DNA of 24,000 nucleotides, taken from assembly GCF_044962685.1 (NCBI RefSeq), contig NZ_JBBKTX010000028.1, positions 32,225 through 56,224 on the forward strand. The letters are read 5' to 3'. The translations under genes were made by a program, and so were the position numbers. This document shows, piece by piece, positions 7,617 to 15,146 of the stretch. Under the pieces are notes generated by a model, which did no database searches, was not told where the DNA came from, and worked only from the letters and a program-made list of their open reading frames with translations. The number at the start of each line of letters is the position of its first letter. Within the stretch, counting starts at the first letter, position 1. This DNA is from Oceanobacter antarcticus (GTDB lineage: Bacteria > Pseudomonadota > Gammaproteobacteria > Pseudomonadales > Oceanobacteraceae).

Positions 7617-10600
7617 ATGTCCGCAGATAAGTCAGCAATGCTGGGGATTTCCGGCAAAACCGCCCGCGCTTTCCAGAATTCAGCCATCACGCCTTTACTG
7701 GCGCTGGTTGGCCTGCTGTTGGGGTTCTTCGCGGTGATGATCACCCCGAAAGAAGAAGAGCCGCAAATCGACGTAACCTTTGCCAACGTCTTTATTGGTT
7801 ATCCGGGTGCCAGCGCCCATGAAGTGGAACAGCTGGTGGCCATTCCGGCAGAACAGGTACTGTCGGAGATCAAGGATGTCGACGACATTTTCTCCATCAG
7901 CCAGCCGGGCCAAGCGATTCTGACGATCGCCTTCAAGGTCGGCGTGCCACGAGAAACCGCCATCCTCAACCTCTACAACCAGGTACACAGCAACGCCGAC
8001 TGGTTCCCTGAGAATCTGGGGGTCAGCCAGCCCGTCATCAAACCCATGGGCATTGATGACGTGCCGATCATGGCCATTACCCTGTCTTCGGACGATAACA
8101 GCGTTGCTGCCGCCGACCTGACCCAGGTCGCCCACGCATTGGAAACCGAACTCAAACGTATTCCCGGCACCCGTGACATCTACAGTATTGGTGAACACTC
8201 TGCCGTGGTGCAGGTAAAACTTGATCCGGCCCGCATGAATGGCTACGGCCTGGCGTTTGACGATGTCCGTAACGCGCTGATGAGTGCCAATGCCGGAGGT
8301 CAACGCCTGCCGCTGGTGCAAAACAACGAAGTCATTCAAATACAGGCCGGGGCATTCCTGCAAAACAGCGCCGATTTGGGCCAGCTGATTGTCGGCAAAA
8401 CCGCTGCCGGACTGGTCTACCTGGCCGACGTCGCCGACATTCACCAAGGAGCCGACACTCCTGAGCAATTTGTCATGCATCGGGATCTGGGCGACAGCAA
8501 CAGCAAGGCCGCCGTGACCATTGCCATAGCCAAACAACCCGGCACTAATGCCATCGACATCACCCAATCGATTGAGCAGCGCCTGGTTGACCTCAAGGAA
8601 CGCGTGATCCCCCACAATATAGATGCCGACGTTACCCGCGATTACGGCATCACCGCCAAAGCCAAATCCGACAAACTGATTGCCAAGCTGCTGTTTGCCA
8701 CCACCGCCGTCGTGATTCTGGTATTGGCCACCATGGGTTGGCGCGAAGCCATCATTGTTGGCGGCGCTATTTTTATCACCTTGGCGATCACCCTATTTGC
8801 CAGCTGGGTCTGGGGCTTTACCTTGAATCGGGTGTCGCTGTTCGCGCTGATTTTCTCCATCGGCATTCTGGTTGACGACGCCATTGTGGTGGTAGAAAAC
8901 ATTCACCGGCACCTGCACATGGGCAGCAAAAAACTGCTGGAAGCCATCCCCTGCGCCGTTGACGAAGTCGGTGGCCCGACCATTCTCGCCACCTTCACCG
9001 TCATCGCCGCCCTGATGCCCATGGCGTTTGTCTCCGGCCTGATGGGCCCCTATATGAGCCCCATCCCGATCAACGCCTCAACCGGCATGCTGATCTCGCT
9101 GGTGGTGGCTTTTGTAGTAACCCCCTGGCTGTCTTACAAGCTGCTCAAGCGCCATTTACCGGAAGGCACTGCCGCTCATGATGAAGAACAACCCACCATC
9201 TCAAAGCTGCACCGGTTTTTCCAGAAGCTGATGTCACCGTTTCTTGAAGGCGCTGGCGCGACGAAAAAACGCATCCTGTTATTCGTTGGTATTACCGGCC
9301 TGATCGTGGTTGCCGTCGCGTTACCGGCAACAGAACTGGTGGTACTGAAAATGCTGCCGTTCGACAACAAATCAGAATTCCAGGTAGTCGTCGACATGCC
9401 GGAAGGCACCCCCGTAGAACAAACCCTGAGGGTGCTGGATGAACTGACCGACGAACTGATGCAAGTACCGGAAATCCGCGACGTCCAGCTGTATGCCGGT
9501 ACGGCCGCGCCGATCAACTTCAATGGCCTGGTGCGTCAGTACTACCTGCGGGGCTTACCGAATCAGGGCGACATTCAAGTAAACCTGGTCGACAAGCATC
9601 ATCGTGACCGTAAAAGCCACGACATTGCCCGCTCGGTACGGGAACCGCTACAAGCCATTGGCAACAGACTGAATGCCAACGTCAAGATCATTGAAGTGCC
9701 ACCTGGCCCACCAGTTATGGCCCCGATCGTGGCCGAAGTCTACGGCCCGGAATACAGTCGCCAGATCACTGCCGCCAAAGCATTGCGTGGCCTGTTTGAA
9801 ACCACCACCGATATTGTTGATGTCGACGACTACATTGAAGCCGATCAGCAAAAGTGGATTGTGAATATCGACCGCCAGCGCGCTTCCCTGCTCGGCGTTG
9901 CCCAGGCCAGCATCGTCCAGGCCATCAGCACCGCCCTGGGTGGCGAAGACGTCAGCTATCTACACACCCACGCCGATGCCGAAGACCACCCCGGCGCCAA
10001 CAGCAAATACCCCTTGCCCATTCGACTTGAACTCAACGAAGGCGACAAGGTCGGCCTGAACCAGCTGCTGGTCATGAAAGTCAAAGCCGCCGACGGCAGC
10101 CTGGTATCGTTAGCCGACGTAGTCAGCATCCGCAAAACCATCACCGACAAGAGCATCTACCACAAAAATCTGCAACCGGTGGTGTTTGTCACCGCCGACA
10201 TGGCCGGAGAACTCGACAGCCCGCTCTACGGCCTGTTTGGTATCTCGCTTGGAATGGAAGATGCCGGACTCAACTGGCAACAATGGTTTATTCAGCAACC
10301 TGCTCTCACTGACGACATCAGCATAAAATGGGATGGCGAATGGCAGATTACCTACGAAACCTTCCGCGATATGGGTATTGCCTACGGCGTCGGCATGATC
10401 CTGATCTACCTGCTGGTGGTTGGCCAATTTCGCAGCTACCTGGTGCCGCTGATCATTATGGCCCCGATTCCACTGACCGTGATTGGCGTCATGCCGGGCC
10501 ACGCCCTGTTTGGTGCCCAGTTTACTGCCACCTCCATGATCGGCATGATCGCACTGGCGGGCATCATCGTGCGTAACTCCATCCTGCTGGTCGACTTCAT

Positions 10601-10874
10601 CAATCAGCAGCTGGAAGAAGGCATGCGTTTTGAAGACGCCGTAATCACCTCCGCCGCAGTACGGTCACGGCCTATTGTACTGACCGCCGTCGCCGCCATG
10701 ATTGGCGCATTCTTTATTCTGGATGATCCAATCTTTAATGGCCTGGCGATCTCACTGATTTTCGGCATCATGATTTCAACGCTGTTGACCCTGATCGTAA
10801 TTCCACTGCTGTACTTCTCGCTGATGCCCAAAAACCTGGGCGAACAACTGCGGGGAGAAGTGGCAACATCATAA
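7617..10874 (+). CDS. RND efflux permease (AcrB/AcrD/AcrF-type, HAE-like)
   Basis: 1085-aa ORF with the 12-TM / two-large-loop organisation. TM4 motif: SIGILVDDAIVVVENIHRH. A duplicated C-terminal half carries IALAGIIVRNSILLVDF. GGAG lies 10 nt upstream of the ATG. Confidence 0.95.
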   Translation: MSADKSAMLGISGKTARAFQNSAITPLLALVGLLLGFFAVMITPKEEEPQIDVTFANVFIGYPGASAHEVEQLVAIPAEQVLSEIKDVDDIFSISQPGQAILTIAFKVGVPRETAILNLYNQVHSNADWFPENLGVSQPVIKPMGIDDVPIMAITLSSDDNSVAAADLTQVAHALETELKRIPGTRDIYSIGEHSAVVQVKLDPARMNGYGLAFDDVRNALMSANAGGQRLPLVQNNEVIQIQAGAFLQNSADLGQLIVGKTAAGLVYLADVADIHQGADTPEQFVMHRDLGDSNSKAAVTIAIAKQPGTNAIDITQSIEQRLVDLKERVIPHNIDADVTRDYGITAKAKSDKLIAKLLFATTAVVILVLATMGWREAIIVGGAIFITLAITLFASWVWGFTLNRVSLFALIFSIGILVDDAIVVVENIHRHLHMGSKKLLEAIPCAVDEVGGPTILATFTVIAALMPMAFVSGLMGPYMSPIPINASTGMLISLVVAFVVTPWLSYKLLKRHLPEGTAAHDEEQPTISKLHRFFQKLMSPFLEGAGATKKRILLFVGITGLIVVAVALPATELVVLKMLPFDNKSEFQVVVDMPEGTPVEQTLRVLDELTDELMQVPEIRDVQLYAGTAAPINFNGLVRQYYLRGLPNQGDIQVNLVDKHHRDRKSHDIARSVREPLQAIGNRLNANVKIIEVPPGPPVMAPIVAEVYGPEYSRQITAAKALRGLFETTTDIVDVDDYIEADQQKWIVNIDRQRASLLGVAQASIVQAISTALGGEDVSYLHTHADAEDHPGANSKYPLPIRLELNEGDKVGLNQLLVMKVKAADGSLVSLADVVSIRKTITDKSIYHKNLQPVVFVTADMAGELDSPLYGLFGISLGMEDAGLNWQQWFIQQPALTDDISIKWDGEWQITYETFRDMGIAYGVGMILIYLLVVGQFRSYLVPLIIMAPIPLTVIGVMPGHALFGAQFTATSMIGMIALAGIIVRNSILLVDFINQQLEEGMRFEDAVITSAAVRSRPIVLTAVAAMIGAFFILDDPIFNGLAISLIFGIMISTLLTLIVIPLLYFSLMPKNLGEQLRGEVATS

Positions 10875-10902
10875 ACGTCATCGCGTTATGACACGGTCAA
10901 CC

Positions 10903-10936
10903 AGCTATTAGGCCCCATGCTTGGGGTCTAATAGCT
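10903..10936. other. Strong stem-loop just after the RND gene (terminator or REP-like element)
   Basis: AGCTATTAGGCCCC (10903-10916) / GGGGTCTAATAGCT (10923-10936) form a 14-bp stem with one G-T(U) pair and a 6-nt loop. No adjacent U-tract follows on either strand, so it is not a textbook intrinsic terminator. Confidence 0.35.
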
Positions 10937-11369
10937 AAAATCACGAGTTTTTCGAGCCGCACTCCACCATTAGTAACCGCTCCATTAACCCCATCTATAA
11001 CCCCATTCTCTGGCCACGCATCCTGATTCCAGTTTCACGGTTTGGGAGACTCCATGACTTCTCTCGACAAACAGACACTCCGGCAGTAACACCTCGAGAC
11101 CTGGCAGGCTTTTAGCCTGACCTAAAAAGTATTCTGTCAGCCCAATAACCTCAAACTCGCCACGTTCCAGTACTGGCCCAAACGTCTGCGGGGCGTCAGC
11201 ACCGCCAATCAGCAGGCAGTCGCCTTTATTACTCTGATGTCCTCAAACAGCCCCTCAGCGTCGACAGTCACCGTCGCTATTCGCATCGGAGCAGAGGGGA
11301 CGTGCCATTGCCACAGCTATCCGGCGTCCTTCAGATACTCGGCCTGAGACCGTCGTCATGCTGAGGCCG

Positions 11370-11663
11370 TTAGTGATGGATGGTGCGATCCAACACCGCC
11401 AGGTCGGGTACCGGATCCCGCAGTCGGCGCATCAGTTTGACGGCACGGAGGTTGGGATAACGCTGTAACCAGCGGTAGTGATCGAGCGACTTTGAACGCT
11501 CCGGGTTTTGTTGCTGCTGATCAATCGCCTGCTCATCCATTCTGAGGTACTTGCGAACGGTGCTGCGGGCAATTCCGAGTTCCTTGGCGATGGCTCGTTT
11601 GGACAGGCCATTGCCGTTGTCGTGCAGTGCTTTGATTTTATGAATCACAATCCAGTCCTTCAC
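11370..11663 (-). pseudogene. IS21-family transposase (IstA) N-terminal HTH fragment; truncated relic
   Basis: 97-aa ORF with a GTG start: MKDWIVIHKIKALHDNGNGLSKRAIAKELGIARSTVRKYLRMDEQ... This matches the IstA N-terminal HTH pattern from recall (...VIRHKVL.EG.S.R.VAREL.VSRNTVRKYL). The following ...SLDHYRWLQRYPNLRAVKLMRRLRD resembles the next IstA segment, then the ORF stops. A full IstA is ~400-500 aa, and no DDE domain or istB follows. Confidence 0.65.
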
Positions 11664-11700
11664 GTGAATCCCCGGCCAGAGAAAACCGGGAACGTTAGGG

Positions 11701-11781
11701 TTAAAGTGGCCCGAAGGCCACGCAAAGGTGGATCAAATTTAATGGCCAGAGGTGAGTCACTTTAAATGGCCGTTAACAACC
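11701..11781 (-). mobile_element. Probable IS21-family left end with three copies of a subterminal repeat
   Basis: Reading the minus strand upstream of the transposase stub gives TGTTAACGGCCATTTAAAGTGAC..., then GGCCATTAAATTTGAT..., then GGCCACTTTAACCC. The motif GGCCAyTTwAA occupies plus-strand 11760-11771, 11735-11747 and 11701-11711. IS21-family ends characteristically carry multiple repeated transposase-binding motifs and a terminal TG. Confidence 0.45.
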
Positions 11782-11876
11782 GGAATCGGGGCACTGCCCT
11801 CTGGCCCCTGATATTCGTGTAGCTGATCGGCAGGAAAGCTGAACTCAATATCGAAATTTAAGGCGCACAGCCACCT

Positions 11877-12938
11877 CTAGACCGTAGATTTCCCCGTATC
11901 AAACCCCTGTAATACGTTGGCCACGTTGCGCCCAATAGCCTCCAGAGCGTAGCCCCCTTCCATAACAAACACGGTCGGCAGTCCTATATTGGCAATCTGG
12001 CGCCCCACAGCCAAATAATCCTCCTCAAGAAATCTGAATCCTGAAATGGGATCATCGATAAATGTATCCACACCCAGCGACACCACCAAACCGTCCGGTT
12101 TGAAGCCGAAAATGCTATCCAGCCCTTCCGTTAGCGCCTGCCCCCAAACGTCAAAATCGCTACCTTTTGGTAAAGGCAAGTTATGGTTATACCCCACCCC
12201 ATCACCCTCGCCCGTTTCATCAGCGTAACCGAGAAAGAAAGGATACTCTGACGAAGGATCACCATGAATACTGGCAAACATGACATCCGAGCGTCGGTAG
12301 AAAATCGCCTGTGTACCATTGCCATGGTGGTAGTCGATATCGAGTATCGCTACTCGAGCCATACCACCATCAAGCAGCACCTGGGCTGCGACCGCAGCGT
12401 TATTGATAAAACAGTACCCACCAAAGAAATCCGCTCCGGCGTGATGCCCCGGCGGCCGCGTCAATGCAAACGTCCCGCGCTCACCGGCCAACAACCGATT
12501 GGCCGCAGACAAAGCACAGCCGGCGCCGCCAATCGCAGCTTGCCAGGTACCCGCCGTCAGCGGCGTCCCCATATCAAAGGAAAATAACCCCATACGAGCC
12601 GCGAAGTTCGACGGTAATCTGTCGCTGCGCATACCGCGTACCGACCACACCGATGGCAGAGCATCCCTCTCACTATTCTCTGGAGCCAGTTTTATCCACT
12701 CCCCCCAAGCCCGTTCCAGAAACTGCAGGTAGCGCGATGAATGTACTTTTTCCAGTACACTGCGTAGCGAACCGTCAATTAAGGATGCCGGTTGGATGGA
12801 TCCCAACTGGCGATGCTCGAGTTCGGCCAGCACCCTATCCGCTCTTGATGGCACCTCAAAACACGGCACCAGTTCACCACGGTACATTTCCAATTGGCCT
12901 GCATGCGCTACGTGATTTGGATTGAAAAAAGTGATCAT
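11877..12938 (-). CDS. Histone-deacetylase-family Zn amidohydrolase (acetylpolyamine amidohydrolase / AcuC-like)
   Basis: Catalytic motifs are present: ALTRPPGHHAGADFFGGYCFINNAAVAA, VAILDIDYHHGNGTQAIFY and FVMEGGY. The track ORF starts at TTG 12989. I prefer ATG 12938 (MITFFNPNHVAHAGQLEMYRGELVPCFEVPSRADRVL), which aligns with APAH N-termini from recall and has GAGGGA ~12 nt upstream. Confidence 0.9.
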   Translation of the reverse strand: MITFFNPNHVAHAGQLEMYRGELVPCFEVPSRADRVLAELEHRQLGSIQPASLIDGSLRSVLEKVHSSRYLQFLERAWGEWIKLAPENSERDALPSVWSVRGMRSDRLPSNFAARMGLFSFDMGTPLTAGTWQAAIGGAGCALSAANRLLAGERGTFALTRPPGHHAGADFFGGYCFINNAAVAAQVLLDGGMARVAILDIDYHHGNGTQAIFYRRSDVMFASIHGDPSSEYPFFLGYADETGEGDGVGYNHNLPLPKGSDFDVWGQALTEGLDSIFGFKPDGLVVSLGVDTFIDDPISGFRFLEEDYLAVGRQIANIGLPTVFVMEGGYALEAIGRNVANVLQGFDTGKSTV

Positions 12939-13331
12939 AGCGGGAATCTGTCCCTCAAAAAACATTCTATTCATCAGTTGGTACGACAACCATATGTATA
13001 GTCACATGGCTGTAACCCCCAGTATCAACCTACCCTGTGGGTAACGCACGAAAGCCGGTCAGGTTTAGACAGCCCAGGGAAGCCCGTCCAAACTCCACGG
13101 AACACACAAGTGGATATGGGGGTCTAACTGCGGAAACTACCGCTGAAATCAGACGCGATTAACCCCACCCCCATGCTCAGGATCAACAAAATCCGTGTCT
13201 AAAAACAACTTTAAAATCACTAAAAACTGTAATATTTTCAATTACTTATAGAATACCAATAACTACCCAAAAGGAAACGGCAACATGTAATCGCTGTGCT
13301 AATACGGGGGCTTTAAGGTAAAATCACGATC

Positions 13332-14360
13332 ATGAACACGCAGACACATACCCCACAGAAAGCTGACAATACTGGCACCATAAAGATGGCCGCAGCAGAT
13401 TGGTGCATGCGCATACAATCAGATGAGTGCAGCCCACTGGACCGAGCAGCCTTCGAACAGTGGCTTCAAGAGAATCCGGAACATGAACAGGCCTATAACA
13501 AAATTCTCCGGGTCTGGTTGCTGAGCGAGCACTTGGTTCCCTCCTCTGTCGAGGCGAGGCAAGAGGAGAACCCCCCTGCCGAGACGTCGGGTATCGTCCA
13601 GCTCCCCCCCTATCAACAACCTCCTCGCTGGCAATGGCAACAGAATGCAAGGCTACTATCGCTCGCGGCCCTGCTTCTCATCCCCTTCGGGTATGGGGGA
13701 TGGCTACTAAATTGGCTGCCCAACGAATACCATCGTTACAGTACTGATCAAGTCCGTCAGGAAGTAACCTTACCCGACGGCACACAGGTAGAGATGAATC
13801 TCAACACCCACATCACTTACGCCAATTTTCGGGATAGGCGTCACGTCGATATCAGTGGCAATGGAGAAGCTTTCTTTAAGGTCGCTCACAACGCTACACA
13901 TCCTTTTGAAATCAGTGCCGCCAATGGCACAATCACGGTCACAGGGACAGCATTTAACGTCTGGAAATACCAGCAAGACGTTGTCGTCACGGTTGCAGCA
14001 GGCTCCGTTATTGTCAGCAACAACGCGTCTGATCTTCACCTGACCCCCGGCATGCAAGCTGAATACTCTGGTCACGATTCACCTCAGTCAGAACCAGGCA
14101 ATATCGACCAGGCACTAGCCTGGCAATCCGGTAAATTGGTCTTGGACGACCAGCCTCTCTCCGTTGCCATACCGCAGATTGATCGCTATCTCGACCATTC
14201 GATCACCCTGAATGACGCCGCCGTTGCCAATTTGCGCATTGGAGGCATTTATAATACGGACAACCTGGATGGCCTTGTTGACTCCCTTCCCCAGGCATTG
14301 CCACTAACGGTCGAGAAGCGACTGTTCGGCGGTCTGGTACTCTCAAGCCGCCACCAATAG
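13332..14360 (+). CDS. FecR/FpvR-family transmembrane anti-sigma factor (iron-siderophore sensor)
   Basis: N-terminal anti-sigma domain (AADWCMRIQSDECSPLDRAAFEQWLQENPEHEQAYNKILRVW). A single TM segment (LLSLAALLLIPFGYGGWLL). A periplasmic FecR domain (GEAFFKV...HPFEISAANGTITVTGTAFNV) and a C-terminal STN-interaction-like region (LSVAIPQIDRYLDHSITLND...LRIGGIY). Confidence 0.85.
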   Translation: MNTQTHTPQKADNTGTIKMAAADWCMRIQSDECSPLDRAAFEQWLQENPEHEQAYNKILRVWLLSEHLVPSSVEARQEENPPAETSGIVQLPPYQQPPRWQWQQNARLLSLAALLLIPFGYGGWLLNWLPNEYHRYSTDQVRQEVTLPDGTQVEMNLNTHITYANFRDRRHVDISGNGEAFFKVAHNATHPFEISAANGTITVTGTAFNVWKYQQDVVVTVAAGSVIVSNNASDLHLTPGMQAEYSGHDSPQSEPGNIDQALAWQSGKLVLDDQPLSVAIPQIDRYLDHSITLNDAAVANLRIGGIYNTDNLDGLVDSLPQALPLTVEKRLFGGLVLSSRHQ

Positions 14361-14384
14361 CAACATACACTACGGTTTATCCTG

Positions 14385-15146
14385 TTACCGTGTTTCCCTG
14401 GTCAAAATGACCAGTGTCGCGATAGTACAGGTGTCCAGCCCCCGAACCCGAGGAAAGCTAAATTGTCCTCGCAAACGCTTCCCTTGCGGCAATACAGGAT
14501 GCAGTGACACATTGATCCGAAAGCAACACACGCCTTGATGGATATCTATTTCCAACAACGAAATGGCGTCAAAGTCAAAATAGTGCTGCACCAGCGGGAA
14601 CGCGGCCTTAAAAAAGCTCTCCTTAATGGAATAGATTAAAGTGGTGAGTTGTTCAGGGGGCAATAAGTGCTGGGACAGCAGTGAATACTCATCTGCATTC
14701 AGCACAAAGGGTTGTATCTGTAGCACCGCAGCCGATGTCATCTCTTCTTCCACATCAACTCCTACACCATAAATATCCGTATCTCGTGTGACCACAGCAA
14801 TGGCAAGCTGCCGGGCATGGCTGATTGCCCCACACATACCCTCCGGCCAGATCGGCTGCCGGTGACGGCCGATACCGATGCAGTAACTAGGTAATCCTGA
14901 CTGGCCAAGCGCTCGTCGTGCACAATAACGCCCCGCCAAAAACTCCGCTTTGCGCTTAGTAACTGCCCGCAGCAATTGTTTCGGTTTTACAATTCCTAAC
15001 GTATCAAACAGCGATTCGTCATATTGTTCGACATCATAGAAACAGGCTGACCGAACAATCGCATCGTCACCCGGCCATCCGCCCACCAGATCTAGCGGGG
15101 TAATAAAATTCTCCCTGCTACTCCCGGACAAATTTACTGCTTCCAC
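14385..15146 (-). CDS. 4'-phosphopantetheinyl transferase, EntD/Sfp type
   Basis: KRKAEFLAGRYCARRAL...GRHRQPIWPEGMCGAISHARQLAIAVV...GVGVDVEE...SIKESFFKA parallels E. coli EntD by recall (RRAEHLAGR...GELRQPVWPAEVYGSISHCG..ALAVV..IGIDIEE...SAKESAFKA). The GTG start at 15146 overlaps the pvdQ stop by 13 nt. Confidence 0.85.
   Translation of the reverse strand: MEAVNLSGSSRENFITPLDLVGGWPGDDAIVRSACFYDVEQYDESLFDTLGIVKPKQLLRAVTKRKAEFLAGRYCARRALGQSGLPSYCIGIGRHRQPIWPEGMCGAISHARQLAIAVVTRDTDIYGVGVDVEEEMTSAAVLQIQPFVLNADEYSLLSQHLLPPEQLTTLIYSIKESFFKAAFPLVQHYFDFDAISLLEIDIHQGVCCFRINVSLHPVLPQGKRLRGQFSFPRVRGLDTCTIATLVILTRETR

Noticed and set aside
7695-8615. 306-aa minus-strand ORF inside the RND permease gene, plus similar antisense ORFs at 536-1138 (+), 12464-12925 (+), 18956-19456 (+), 22684-23184 (-), 10110-10502 (-) and 4941-5330 (-)
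   Set aside because: Each lies entirely antisense to, or out of frame within, a gene that has strong family signatures. Their translations are low-complexity (R/G/H/Q-rich) with no motifs. These are typical shadow ORFs.
10923-10931. The 9-mer GGGGTCTAA is repeated at 10923-10931 and 13119-13127. I considered these as direct repeats flanking an inserted segment.
   Set aside because: In a 24-kb window roughly a thousand 9-mer coincidences are expected by chance, and the flanking bases do not extend the match.
11370-11663. The 97-aa HTH ORF, considered as an intact small transcriptional regulator (a domesticated transposase domain)
   Set aside because: It uses a GTG start with no SD. Its sequence continues into the next IstA segment and then terminates abruptly. 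It is flanked by IS-end-like repeats. A truncated transposase is the more parsimonious call, though this has not been excluded experimentally.
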